From: Raja brachyura
Lineage: Eukaryota
DNA: 64,000 bases
Assembly (NCBI GenBank): GCA_963514005.1
Contig: OY740821.1
Location: 12,462,001-12,526,000 of the forward strand
Direction: 5' to 3'
Below are positions 1 to 12,876 of the stretch, piece after piece. Both the position numbers and the translations under genes were made by a program. Under the pieces are notes generated by a model. The model was not told the DNA's origin, did not search any database, and saw only the letters and a list, made by a program, of their open reading frames with translations. The first letter of the stretch is position 1. The number at the start of each line of letters is the position of its first letter.

Positions 1-124
1 TAAATAGCAGTAATACATCAGCAGTAATTAATTCAGTAATATATCTACAGAGTTGTAAATGTGTGTGTTTTTAGAGGATTTGTTTCAGAATAACTTGTAA
101 TGCTATGGTTTTGTTTCTTTTCAG

Positions 125-229
125 GACATGTGTGTGGTATGTGGGAGCTTTGGACGGGGAATAGAAGGACAACTGTTGGCCTGTGCACAGTGTGGGCAGT
201 GCTATCATCCGTACTGCGTCAATAGCAAG
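125..229 (+). CDS. KMT2D: KMT2D exon (human ex14 equivalent), PHD4 N-terminal half: DMCVVCGSFGRGIEGQLLACAQCGQCYHPYCVNSK
   Basis: tttcag|GAC...AAG|gtatgg; 105 nt, phase 0-0; Cys/His PHD pattern. Confidence 0.96.
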
Positions 230-1258
230 GTATGGAGGAGGAAAAAAAGAAGATTGATGATTGTCATATTTACAGTGATGATGTTATTAAACATTTAAGA
301 AGGATGAAGGCAGAGCTATTTATTCTTTGCACATAAGACCTGTTGCATTGCACAGTAACCAGTGGTTCACGATTAATGCCACATGCTTCTGCATAATAAA
401 GGATGAGCAAATCATAGCAGATTAAAGAAGTGCCAGCATAAGACCACCCTTTGAACAGCAACATTTTCGTGTTTTAATAAGTTATGAAATAAATAAGTAA
501 AATTAAATCGGTGAACATCTCCAATGGAGATCATTCAGTATACCAAGAACCAAACTTCCTCTTTTGATGCTTTGGTATGCAGAGAAAATACAATAAACTT
601 GTTTATTTTTTGAAAAACTTCTTGAATATTTGCATCCATTGACATGAGCAACTGAAACTCTCATTTTTTGTAATGCATCCAGGTACAGACTAAAGACTGT
701 TCTGTGTGCATCTTTGCAAAAAAACATGGAAATCTTTTGTGCGCCATATCAAACAACAGTAGCATTTCTTATGTTGATTATTTTTTTGTTAAGAATAGAA
801 TGCAGGGTAGTTTTTTCCCAGAATATTAAAACAAAATGTAAAGAGAGTAACGCAGTATAACTCTGATAATCATTATCTGACAAGTCGTAAATCCTAAAGA
901 TCATCGGGGCTCTGGTCCCTCTGCTCCCTTAATGGTCACCAAGACTCCTGTACCCACGCATCCTTAACATTTACAGGAAAATGTATCATTCCAAAATAGA
1001 ACCCGTGGAAAATAGTGAATTAAAAGTGCATTGAAGTATTAATGTGAATAGAATAGAGTAGTCCAGAAATTCTGATAGTCTGGCATCACTACAGTTTGAA
1101 CCTGCCGTATTAACGGAGTTTTACTGTAGCATTGGCATCATTATATATTTCAAATCGTCATTCGTGACAGACACTGTCAATTTTGAGTTTAAGCTGATCT
1201 TTCATCAGAATGCTGTATAAAACCGTGTGTTTTTCTGAACCTGCTGTTTGTCTTGCAG

Positions 1259-1440
1259 ATCACAAAAGTCATGTTGAGCAAAGGATGGCGTTGCTTGGAA
1301 TGTATTGTGTGTGAAGCATGTGGCAAAGCATCTGATCCTGCTCGTTTATTGTTGTGTGATGATTGCGATATAAGTTACCACACATACTGCCTGGATCCAC
1401 CATTGCAAACTGTGCCAAAGGGTGGTTGGAAATGCAAGTG
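1259..1440 (+). CDS. KMT2D: KMT2D exon (ex15 equivalent), PHD4/PHD5: [15 protein letters not shown]...KGGWKCKW
   Basis: ttgcag|ATC...TG|gtgagt; 182 nt; overlaps ORF 1253..1444. Confidence 0.96.
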
Positions 1441-1715
1441 GTGAGTGCAAAATTCATTTTGGTGTGACAGCACACACAAATAACTTTATTATTTGCGAGT
1501 GAGTACAGTTATTTCCCTGAATACAGTTAACTCTGCAATATTTGTGACCACAGTCGTGGATGTTTCCCTCCATTCTTTCCTCCACCCGACCCTCGTTTTT
1601 AAAGCCAATTGAGTCAGAGTTGGGGAGTTTCAACCGTTTTTTCCCATATGTTAAGGAAATATGATTCTGTATGTTAATGAAATATGAAAGTGTAACTTCA
1701 TACTTTGTCATACAG

Positions 1716-1880
1716 GTGTGTTTGCTGTACACAATGTGGTGCCACAACACCTGGTTTTCATTGTGAATGGCAGAATAACTACACTCACTGTGCACCTTGT
1801 GGCAGCCTTGTTACTTGTCCAAGCTGCAATGAAGACTATGAAGAAGAGGACCTTCTCATACAGTGTCACCATTGTGATAG
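1716..1880 (+). CDS. KMT2D: KMT2D exon (ex16 equivalent): CVCCTQCGATTPGFHCEWQNNYTHCAPC...LIQCHHCDR
   Basis: atacag|G TGT...AG|gtaggc; 165 nt, phase 2-2. Confidence 0.95.
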
Positions 1881-2430
1881 GTAGGCCAGAGAAATATAGG
1901 TACCATTAGTTTCATAAACCAAGTTTTATATTGTCCCGATGTTGCCCAGATTTTATCATTTTGAGTGTGTAATTTGTATACTATAAAATGTTAGTATAAA
2001 AAAAACACATTTGTTTATCTAGCTTTTACATTAAAATCACAGTCTTTTATTTGGGCGGGGGAGAGGAATGACTGTTTTGAAGATGGGGAAGGAAATTGAG
2101 TTTTGAATGAATAATCCCATAGAGTGAATTGGCAGAATTTATTGGTACCTCTTAACTCTCTTGCATGGAAGGACGATACTTAGTGAAGGGCCTGACTGCT
2201 GATACTAGCCAAGCATGGTAGCTTCACTTTATTTATATTACGACTGTGAAAGCTTGCTTATTCTCAGGTTATTGCCAACACGGAGCTCAGAGTGCAGAAT
2301 TGTTATGGGTTTTAATGCTTTCAACACTCATTTTAAATGAAAAGAATAATAGGAACGTTTAAAGTGATTGACTGGCGCATCAGATGTCTGAATTATGTTT
2401 TGATAACTATAATTGGATTGTTGCTTGCAG

Positions 2431-2540
2431 GTGGGTCCATGCAATTTGTGAAAATCTTTTCACCGAAGAGGAAGTAGAGCAAGCGGCAGACGAGGGCTTT
2501 GATTGTACTGCATGTGAGCCATTTGTTGTCCGTCCGATTG
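2431..2540 (+). CDS. KMT2D: KMT2D exon (ex17 equivalent), PHD6 end: WVHAICENLFTEEEVEQAADEGFDCTACEPFVVRPI
   Basis: ttgcag|G TGG...G|gtgagt; 110 nt. Confidence 0.95.
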
Positions 2541-2937
2541 GTGAGTGTCAGTGTTGGCCACTTTCAGTGCTTGGAATGTAGTGACAATCCTTTACTTAAT
2601 TTGGAGATAAGAACCCGATTGCAATTCTAAAATTATTTTTTAATGTTTTTGTGCAACTTTGTTTCACTCTTCAACTTCATGACAAAAATAGTGAGTTGCC
2701 TTATTTTGCAGATGATGAAAACCTGTACACTGGATATTACACCACAACATTCTTCATGTTTATCTTTTAAGGATTTCATGTTGTTTCTTGAAACGCATTT
2801 TAATGTAGTGTTAAAGTTCTTGTTGCTTTATTGGGCGAGTCTCCAAGCTAATCGAACTATTGACATGTGCGTGCTATTTCTAGTTTTTAGTTTTTGATAT
2901 TTGGCATGAGGGTTCCTAGTTTCATTTGTATTTACAG

Positions 2938-2988
2938 TTCGAAGTGAATCCCCTGTGATTACACCTATCATCAAAGTGAAGGATCCAG
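2938..2988 (+). CDS. KMT2D: KMT2D short exon (ex18 equivalent): (V)RSESPVITPIIKVKDP
   Basis: ttacag|TT...CCA G|gtgagc; 51 nt, phase 1-1; KVKDPE resembles human KVKEPE. Confidence 0.88.
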
Positions 2989-3082
2989 GTGAGCATCTAT
3001 TTTGTTTGAAGAGGTTATGTTCACACTGTTTGATTCTTTTATTATGCTAAATTTATCGTAGACTTGATATATTCGTTTGTAG

Positions 3083-3295
3083 AACCGCGGTTTTATAATC
3101 AGGATGGAGTATGGCTGACGGAATCAGGAATGTCACAGTTCCGAAGTATGGTACTCTCACCACCGCACAAGAAAGGACCAAAGCCAAAATTAAAGAACAA
3201 ACCTTCAACTCCGTGTAGTGAACCAATGTTGGTCAGTATAGATGGCTCATCTATAGAAATAAAGAAAGAAGAAGGCGATGGAGAGGAGGAAAAAG
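3083..3295 (+). CDS. KMT2D: KMT2D exon (ex19 equivalent): EPRFYNQDGVWLTESGM...GEEEK
   Basis: ttgtag|AA...G|gtgaga; 213 nt; conserved GVWLTE motif. Confidence 0.92.
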
Positions 3296-4186
3296 GTGAG
3301 ATAGAGATTGTATAGTCACCATGAAAACTGTGTTGTTCCATAATGTTAAACCTCTTTTCGCAGATTTTTATTTCTAAAACTTGTAATCTAGTGCAATCTT
3401 AGAAATTGGGATTTCTCTTTCGAATTGAGCTTTTCCAATTGTCAACAAAATCTCTACTGAGGTATTGAGCTAACTTTTTTTAAAAAACCAAAGTATTAAG
3501 ATGACATTTGCATGAAGAAAGCTGCACTTTCATCCCCCACCCCCCCCCATTGTTGACAGAACACGGGGTTACAACAGATATGTGGTTAAATCACTGCTTT
3601 TCTGGAACAAAGATTCAGAGGAATGCTGAATTGTGCCTTTAAAACGGTTGCGATGTGAAGCTGTTTTTCCATTTTTTGAGCATAGACTGGAAACTAATTG
3701 GAAACCCTTGCATACTATGGTTCATTCTGGAAGTTAGATCCATTGACTATTTCAGATGGCAGAAACCAAATTCGTCTTGCAGCTTCACACCTCCAGACAC
3801 ACATATCAACTCTGAATCCTCCCTTTTGGGAGAAGCTGAGGCCAAGTAAAAAAAAACTCCTGAAACCATTCACAGACAAACAAGAAAATGAGTGGGTAAA
3901 TGTAACCAAATTGTGAAATATGTAGATCGAAAAAATATTTATTTTCGTTATCACTTATTTTGAACATTCGACAATTGAAGAACTGACGGGAGAAAAATAG
4001 TAAAACCCTTTGCATGTAGTGGATGTAGATGAGAACTATACAGATTGAAGTCTTTTGCAATGATTTTATAGAGTTAGGAGAAAAATTCAATGGAGGTGCT
4101 TGTCTGTGCTAACTCCCATGGTAAATTTTATTTATTTATTTATGTGACTGAATGTAATTTGCGGTTGGGTTGTAATTCTTTTAAAG

Positions 4187-4330
4187 TTGCCATGGAGCCA
4201 GGAGAATGTGACATAAAGCCTGATGCACCTGTCTGCCAGGAACATGACATGTGTGCAGTCAACAATCCTGGAAAAATAAGTGAGGAATCTGAGGAAGGGA
4301 AAAAGAGGAAGAGGAAGCCATACCGACCTG
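4187..4330 (+). CDS. KMT2D: KMT2D exon (ex20 equivalent) ending KKRKRKPYRPG (basic, NLS-like)
   Basis: ttaaag|TT...G|gtaagt; 144 nt. Confidence 0.92.
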
Positions 4331-4839
4331 GTAAGTGACATGTCTGGTTGCATAACCCGTTATAAAAGCAACGATTTTTCTGCAAGCAGGTCGAAAAGCT
4401 TTGATGTCTATTTGATAGCATACTTTATTTTTAAGGTTTCTATTTCTTATTGGAAGGCCCAGCCTATCCAGTAGACCTGTTCCTCTCAATTTAATTTAAA
4501 TCGGCAAGCAAATAGCATAATTCAGCATTTTTTTTTGTACGGTTCATTTAAAAGAAGCAAACAATGTTTGGTTTCAAATCAGGATGTTGCATTTGTATGG
4601 CATGTTAGGTGCTGATGGAATGGGTTATAACCAACTGAAGGAAACTGACAGGATGCCATGGCTGTAGCTTGAACACTTGAAAGTGTTCCCTTTACACTCT
4701 GGTTGATGCTTATTGGAATGTCTTTAGCCTGCTGCACCATATCTTGACTAGTAAAGCTAAATAATAGAGGTGCGTTATGAAAGGGAAAGTAAATGGTATT
4801 AAGAAGACCGAACAATCACACTTCAGATTTTTGTTTTAG

Positions 4840-4959
4840 GAATTGGTGGATTTATGGTCCGTCAGAGGCAGTCACGGATGAAGAATTTGAATAAAATGGC
4901 TGTGACACAGCCTGGAATGTCCATTGACTGTCCAAATATTGACAGCAACAAAGAAGAAG
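4840..4959 (+). CDS. KMT2D: KMT2D exon (ex21 equivalent): GIGGFMVRQRQSRMKN...NKEE
   Basis: ttttag|GA ATT GGT GGA TTT ATG...G|gtgtgt; 120 nt. Confidence 0.93.
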
Positions 4960-5903
4960 GTGTGTTTACATCTCTTTAAAAACAATATAGGCATGAAGTT
5001 GCTGCATAGCTTGTGTGAAGTTTTAGCTGTTTGCAACTTGATTTTTACGAATTAATATTCTTTTAGGCCAAAGGCTTTGTTCTGTTTTAAAATCACTTGA
5101 GCTACGTATTTAGCCACTGTTCCAAGACAGATTTATGGGCTACACATTGTAAACTGACTTATTTTGCCTCTTAGGATGGAAGGGTTTCTTAATTTTACAA
5201 ATGGGTCTTCCATCTCACTTGTTTATCTAAAATGTAATGGGAAGATTACCTACAGGGAGAGAGTGGGTGGTGGAAACCCAGTTCTTATTCTCCATAGTCT
5301 GTATCAATTACATTTTAATAAATGTTATAATTTAGGAAAACACAGACTGGCCAGCAGTGGAGTAATGGAAGGTTTCTGCAACTAATACTGTCCTTCAATC
5401 ACAGAACCATTTTCAAGCTCTGAGCTTTGGAGAAAACTGTAGGACACTCGTGCTTGCCCACAGAAAATTTCTAAAGCCATGAAAAGAGATGCGTTTTGGC
5501 TCCAGCTCAAGATTGTACTGCATTGTTAGTGCAAATTGCGCCCAAGCCATGATCTGGAATGGAAGTGCTGCCAATTGCCGTAATAATTTAATATTGTGGT
5601 TGTACCTTCCAAGTTCTGATTGAACCTTGAAGAAGAATCCTACTCTTAAGAGTGCAATTTAAAATCAGTACAACCTGCTTCTACTTTTATTTAAACCAAG
5701 AGAACCAATGACCTTTTACACCTATTTTCAGATGTTACTTAAATCTTATTTTACTCTGAGGGACTGAACTATTAGCATGAAGGGTCGTCGTTAATCTAGA
5801 ATTAGTAGCTCTCACTCATGATACAGCTCCTTTGCACTGCTTGAGAGCAGTTGGGTGAGCTTTCCTAATCCTTATCATTGCTCATTTTCTCTTGATTTGA
5901 TAG

Positions 5904-6037
5904 GGACTCAGATGGAACTTCCACCTGAGAGCGCCAGTGATATACCTATGGCAGGACCAGATGTAGGTGAGAAAGCAAAGAAACGGCAGCGCCGAAAGAA
6001 AAGCAAGTTGGAGGATTCCTTTCCAGCATATCTGCAG
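5904..6037 (+). CDS. KMT2D: KMT2D exon (ex22 equivalent) ending KKRQRRKKSKLEDSFPAYLQ
   Basis: tgatag|GG...CAG|gtactg; 134 nt, phase 1-0. Confidence 0.92.
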
Positions 6038-6717
6038 GTACTGCCATTTTACTGTGCACATAGGTGATTGTTCAACTCTGTTGGCATTTCTCAGAGAAAA
6101 ACGCCTTGAAGATTAATATGCCATGATGCCGAGTTTGCAGCTAAGTGATTTGTTCCTACGGAATTGTCTATATGTCTGGTCTCCAAGTCCTTTAAGGGCA
6201 GCATTAGCAATTCTGCGTCATATTCTTTCTTAATCATTCCTCGTTAAATGTTCTGAATGTAATTTGTTTTCTTAATTGTAATCGAATATTAATAGGTATT
6301 TGGATGGAAATGTACAGAATTTGACGTTTGGGTTAATTATATTTGTAATTTTATTTCTATTGCTGCTGATCTTTCTTCATAAACTGTTGAGTTATTCTCA
6401 AAGCTACAAAGTAATTGGCATACTATTATCACAGCAGCATATTCATATTCTTAGCCAGACCACCAGGTGGAATTATTCAGGTAAAAGGTAAGTCTCCCTC
6501 AATAATTTCATGCCTGTGAAGGAACCTCTGGTGTTTGTTAAATAATTCCTTCCAATGCTTTAGTTGCAACCAACAGTGCTTTATTTCAGGTGGTTCTTGC
6601 ACAATCTCTCTTAAAATGGGTGACATCAAACTGATTTTGACATTGACTGTTTGGATCTTGGTATTCTTTGGAAGCAGAATCTCTTAAATAATATTTTGTC
6701 ATTTTCACATGTTAGAG

Positions 6718-6863
6718 NNNNNNNNNNNNNNNNNNNNNNNNNNNNNNNNNNNNNNNNNNNNNNNNNNNNNNNNNNNNNNNNNNNNNNNNNNNNNNNNNNN
6801 NNNNNNNNNNNNNNNNNNNNNNNNNNNNNNNNNNNNNNNNNNNNNNNNNNNNNNNNNNNNNNN
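6718..6863. other. Assembly gap (146 N)
   Basis: Run of N. Confidence 1.
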
Positions 6864-7549
6864 ACCTATTTTAGTAATAAATAAATGGTAATAGCAAGAC
6901 AACAAATCAAAATGTCAATGATATGGTTTGGAGCAGTGATTTGATTCTGGCGTTTAGTTGTTGTAGCCTATTATAATTATTTAATTTAATGGAACTTTAA
7001 ATGTGACTACTTTTTAGGTTGACAGCAAATTTCTATACATTCTGTGTGTAATGCAGTATGATCAGAGAAATTAACTGTCTATACTATTATTACAGGTTAA
7101 TGAGGGCAACGTATACATTTGTTCCTGGTTGTTGCAGACTGTTAACTGAAACTGATGTAGCTGTCATTGGTCTCTATAAATGCTCAGATTCAGGGTCATG
7201 GTATAAGTTTCCAAGTTCAGCTTTACCCCAGAGCCTCATCAGTGTATTGTTGCTTCAAGTTTAAATCGGCCTAAAACTGTCACACCAGTAATGAAATCTA
7301 AAGTGTACTCTCTTCAGTTCTTGTGAATGTTCCTCAGTGTTCTTAATTGCATTCTTAGTTAAGTCTTTTTCTGATTGGTAAGCAATGAAAGTATAAAATA
7401 CTTCATTCCATTTCATATAAGCATTTTAACATATTTTATATTTCCATTCAAAGCTCTAACCCTTTGTACTGTTGTCAAAGGGACATTATAATTTTGTTGT
7501 TACGCTCAGGCATTCTGTTTGGTTGCTTTGACGCAGAATGGGGTTGGAC

Positions 7550-8375
7550 CGGTTGCATCGCTGTTGAGTGGGTCTTCCGAAGTGCATTAGTGCAAAATTA
7601 GGCTAGATGCATTGGCGCCAATTTGGACTGTGCAGTTTGAATATGTGCAAAATTGGCTTGTGGGGTTTGCATTGGCGCAAAATTGGGCTGAGTGGTTAGA
7701 TTTACGCAAATCTAGGCCGAGCGGTTGTAATGACAAAATTGGCTGAGTAGTGGCATTGGCACAAAACTGAGTCTGAGCGATTGTATTGGCGCAAAACTGC
7801 TTCATAGTGGTTGCATTGATGCAAAATTACATCCGAGCAGTTGCATTTGGCGCAAAACTGCATCTTAGCAGTTGCATTGATGTAAAATTACATCCAAGCA
7901 GTTGCATTTGGCGCAAGACTCCATCTTAGCAGTTGCATTGATACAAAATTGCATCCGAGCAGTTGCATTGGCGCAAAACTGCATCTTAGCGGCTGCATCG
8001 GCGCAAAAATTGCACCTGAAGTGTTGCATTGACGCAAAACTGCGTATGAGCGGTTGCATTAGCGCAAAACTGCGTCTGAGCTGTTGCATTGGCGCAAAAC
8101 TGCGTCTGAGCTATGCATTGTTGGGAAACTGGGTCTGAGTGGTTGCATTGGTGCGAAACAGAATCTGAGCTTACATTGGCGTGAAGCATGGGCTAAAGGG
8201 TTGCATTGGCACGAAGCAGAGTCTGAAGGGTTGCATTGGCGCAAAAGCAAGTCTGAACGGCTGCATTAGCGCAAAACCAAGTTCCAGTGGCTGCATTGGC
8301 ATAGAATGGTGTCTAGGCCAGTTACGTCGGCGTGGTGTGGGGGCAGTACTTGTTGCATTGGCGCAAACTGAGTGT
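7550..8375. repeat. Intronic minisatellite, ~30-bp unit (consensus approx. GCAGTTGCATTGGCGCAAAACTGCATCTGA), about 25 degenerate copies
   Basis: Recurring TTGCATTGGCGCAAAA every ~30 bp; repetitive ORF translations (QFCANATAQT). Confidence 0.92.
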
Positions 8376-8964
8376 GTTCTATACAAATTAGGAGGTGGCA
8401 AGTATGGTGATCACTCCATTTGACAAAATAATTACCTGCACCTAGGCAAAGTTGCTACTCTGATTTCAGATGCCTTTTTATCTAAACGTTACTTTAAATG
8501 TTCTTAATTGAGGGTGATTACTATATGTTAAAGTTAATCATGAGATCGTAGTCGAAGAGATGGTGCACACATTTTTGTTACTCTTTGGTGAGAATAGTGA
8601 TGGTGGTGAAAGATTGCATCATTTAAGAATTGACTGTACTCTCATTCAGTACTTGTAAAGTTGTCTAATTCCTTGCTGTGTGTCGTCTGCTGGTTTCATG
8701 GAATTTACTCTGCTTCAAAAAGGACACTGTTTTGATCCTGACAGATCCTCAGTTCTGTCAACCTAGACTTTGTAGCTGCTAGTGTTGTAAATGTTTTATT
8801 TATAGCATGAATTGATTTAACATTCTGTTTACTTTTGTCCCAAAAGGCTGAGACTCAACAGTTACAGGAATTGTACATTTTAATTTAGTCTTGTGTGTTC
8901 TGTGTAATCTTTGAAACTTCCTTTCCTGCTTTTCTTGCTCGCCTCCCAAATTCAGAGGCTCTGC

Positions 8965-9112
8965 GTGTTAAGAGCCTTGTTATCTTATCATGTGTCTCAA
9001 ATGTCTCAAAGCACTTCATATACAATGAATAACTGAAATATTGTGACATGTGTTGCGAAATGCATTTGCTATTCTCTGTGCACCAAGATCCCACAGGCAG
9101 GTTTGAGACATG
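8965..9112 (-). mobile_element. Deu-domain SINE 3' fragment
   Basis: Reverse complement aligns by eye to 39100-39230 (GGGATCTTG..GTGC; TGAAGTGCTTTGAGACATTT). Confidence 0.6.
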
Positions 9113-9859
9113 ATAATAATGATTTTTAATGAATATGTGCATTATAATTGGTGTTTAATTTAGATACTGTGTGTAGTGGCTATTGTACATTTTCTATTGT
9201 ATTGCTTATTAATTGCATCTCTTTATTAACTTTGTATTAATATTTGCATATCTCCGTATTTATATGCAAAATTGTTCTTACCAGTGAATGTAATTATTAT
9301 AAGTGCGTTGCATCAAAGCATTGTATAAAGCATTGTTTTCTTGTTTTAAACTGATGACACCACTAAGAAATTAGACTAACCTGAGACTTCATGTTGCAGC
9401 ACTACAACTGGCTTATATTAGTTTGGTCAGGATATAGCAGAATTGGATTCCATCTGCTACCCCCTTTTTTTTGCTAGCCGTCTCCTCCTCTGGTTTAAAT
9501 GCATTATTAGTCGCCTTTTCTGTCCTACATCATTTCTGGTCAGGTTTTGATCCAACTATTTATTTTCATTTCCAAGTTAGCTTTGAATATGGACAAGAAG
9601 ATGGCAATTCTGCTATTTGAAGAGTTTAAGATGATCTTTTGCCACCTCTTTATTGTTAAATGACACAGAATTTTATGAGTAAGATCTCCTGACATCTTAT
9701 TTGGAGGAATTCAAATGAAGAAGGTAAATGGAGTAAAGGAGGTGTGGGCAAAACTAGGTAGCACCTATCTACGAGGTAGGTTAGAGAATGGTTAATTTCA
9801 TATGACATCTTTATCCTAAACTCTAATGTAAGTCTGCACTCCAGATTTTTATCCGATCA

Positions 9860-10050
9860 TGAGTTTGAATGTTGCTGGCAAGGTTGCTGTTTATTGCCCA
9901 TCCAAAATTACCCTTGATGTGCTGGTGAGCTGATGTTTTAAACTGTAGCATTTAATCCCTGACGTAAAGCTCCAAGATTTTGACCCAGCAGCGAAGAAGA
10001 AACAACCATACATGTCCAAATCAGAATGATGTGGGATTTTAGGAAAAGAT
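9860..10050 (-). mobile_element. Old degenerate LINE 3' fragment
   Basis: Resembles the reverse complement of 63800-63990. Confidence 0.45.
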
Positions 10051-11351
10051 GCACCTGCCACTCTTCCTTTTGGGGGTTTCTGTGGAAATTTTGATTAATT
10101 GATTTAATGCATCTTGTTGATGGTATTTGCTCGATACTCCATTTGGTTAGTTATTGGGATAACTATTACAAAACTGATGTGACAAAATTATTGATTTCTG
10201 TAAACTGGAAGCTCTGCATCTTTTATCTTTTGGAGTTTGTATTTTGATGCCACTTAGGCTGATGTATTGACGGTTATATTTTACGAAATCTGGGCAGAGC
10301 AATTTGTCATGAATTCAGCTTCCACATACCATCCACTATAAGTTGTTTTTTTGTCCAAACTGAAAAAAACCACAAAGATGGAATGCTTTGAATCTTGGTG
10401 CATCCATACCAATGGGACTGCCCTATTCTAATTGCGAGAGGTGATGTAATGTATATAAGCTTTGTCGTGGAAGTATTTCTCAGTTTGCACTCTTGCTGCT
10501 GGTTCCAGTACCTTGTGGGAAGAAGGTTATTTTAAAGTTATTTTATTTTTAAGTTGTTATGCAGTTTAATTGTATGATGCTTGCAGGAGAATGCATCAGC
10601 ATTACTTTATGTACTTATGATTTCTCTTGCACCTTTTACTCTTGCTTTTAACACAAGTTTAAAAAAATCTGTCCTTTCCATGTTTTGCAGAACCAGCATT
10701 TGCCTTCGGGCCTGAAATATGCTCTCTAATTTTTCTGCACCAAAATGCTATCTGAATTCTCTGCATAACTCTATTGAATTCCAGGCCATAAAGAATCATT
10801 AAAATTCACCTGACTAAACGTAATACCCATTGCTTAGACAAGTATACTCGGAGCTGTAGTTACTGTACTACAATTAGACCACCAATATATATATATTTTT
10901 GACACACTCTAGTCATCCAGCAGGCAGCTGTTACAAGGCACTTGCCTTTGTGCAATCAGCAGACGATGTTCAAAGCGGTCCATTGAATAGTGTATTTTCA
11001 ACCATAGGTACAGAGAGGGAAAAAATGTGTTAGACGTTCCAAACTATAGCTGCCACTACAACCAGAGGTTTCCATTGTAGAGCACTAATCTAAAGCTGTT
11101 ATTAGCAACATGGCAAAATTGAGGTCAGTCAGGAAATTTGTTCTGTTTGTCAAACCTAATTGATCTCCCATTTAACAATGATTGAGTTTTTGGATCCTGA
11201 TTGCAGTTGCATGAGTGCATCTAGCTGCTGATTTGCTTGCATGAGTTTGGAAGTATTTATTTGATTTCTCAGTTGCTTGTTTTTCAGGAAAGTAAAGATA
11301 CTTGAAGTTAATGGCAGATACCTACATTGAAAATTAGTTTGACATTAGTAA

Positions 11352-11500
11352 GCTTTTTCACACAGAGAGTGGTGGGTTTATTGAATGAGCTGCCAGAGGA
11401 GGTAGTAGAGGCAGGTACTATAATAACATTTAAAAGATATTTGGACAGGTCCATGGATAGCAAACGTTTGGAGGGATATGGGCCAAACACGGACAGGTGG
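11352..11500 (+). mobile_element. CR1 LINE 3' fragment (older subfamily)
   Basis: TTTTTCACACAGAGAGTGGTGGG...GAGCTGCCAGAGGAGGTAGTAGAGGC encodes the CR1 ORF2 C-terminal FTQRVV motif. Confidence 0.8.
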
Positions 11501-12704
11501 CAATAAAAATATTTACAGGCAATCCCCATTGTGGCTTAAATGACCAGAGCCCTTCTACAGGTCTTGATCGTACCACTTAACTCCGTTAACTAACTTTGTT
11601 CTGTTTGGATCCAAATATCAGATGGGGTCCCATAATGTATCTTTAACTTGGGAATTAACAGGACCAAATCAGACATTTGCACCTAGAAATAGTATTTGTC
11701 TTAGGATCTACAATGAATAATTGGGAATTGCTTGGGAGCATTACAGCTCATTGCCATTGGGTTTTTGTTTCAGCAAATATGTTTGATGTTTAATTTGCTA
11801 ATGCATTCAAAGGAAGTATCTCTCTCTCTCTCTATCTATATATAGAAACCCGCCATTATTCCACTCAACTTTATTTAGTGGTAAAGCATTAATAACACCC
11901 ATTAAACCCAATAAACTTCGAGATTAAAGAGCCAGGGAGAAAATGTCATTGCTTTTCTTATTGGATACCAGCAAGAATTGTGTGAGCTTGTTACACTTGT
12001 GATCACATAAGCCAAGAGACGTAGCTTTTCCGTGACATTGTAGGGCTTTTGTGAATTCTTGATGTGGCAGCTTGTGATTGACACCAACTTAAGGCAATGT
12101 TCAGCCTTTGACCTCTTGTTAACTGCAATTTTTGTGTGTGGAATTTGAACACTGAGGAATAATGTTACATTACCTTCCTTTGGTATGGAGTTCCTCACTC
12201 TATTGTAGTTCAGCCTCCACATGCAAAGCTTCCTCCATCGAATATGGTGCAAAGCAACTTCCTTTAAGTCTTGTATTTAACTCTCTGATTAAAGCTCTCT
12301 GAATCTGCTGCAGCCTTCTTTCAAGCAAACTGAGGCATGCTCCCAGAATGATGCTGATATACATGCAGTGGAGTGGGTGGTGGGGGGGGGGGGGGGTGGT
12401 CATGTGACCGTCATGGCCTTGTGTGGTGCCAAACTTTTAAAAGGTACATAGTCCTGGTATTTTTACCACCTCATTTCAGCGAGGGCTCATTTGTATGTGG
12501 ACTTTGAACCACCTTAAAATAAGAATGACGATAATATTACCCAAAGGTAGGCAATTTACATTTGTTGTAAATTACATCCATATTTAAAATTGGAGTTTCT
12601 CATATTAGGCAATGAGAATTAATTCAACGTGTTCACACATTTTATTTTCCGTAATGATTTGTAGGTTAGCCGAGATTTTTTTCTTAACCTTCCATATCTG
12701 ACAG

Positions 12705-12876
12705 GAAGCGTTCTTTGGAAAGTCACTGCTGGACAGCAGTCGGAAAGTTTGCCTCAGCTCAGAGGGTTTCTCTGACAGTGAAAGCACTGAATTTCCACAA
12801 GGCACCTCTCAATCGGAGCCAGCACCTCAGCAGAAGGACCCAACAGATGAAAAGCGTGATGGAGTCCTGGAGAGGG
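12705..12876 (+). CDS. KMT2D: KMT2D exon (ex23 equivalent): EAFFGKSLLDSSRKV...GVLER
   Basis: tgacag|GAA GCG TTC TTT GGA...G|gtgagg; 172 nt, phase 0-1. Confidence 0.9.

Noticed and set aside
7550-8375. CRISPR-like array or protein-coding repeat ORFs
   Set aside because: Units are contiguous with no unique spacers, the context is a vertebrate intron with no cas genes, and the ORFs arise from repeat periodicity.
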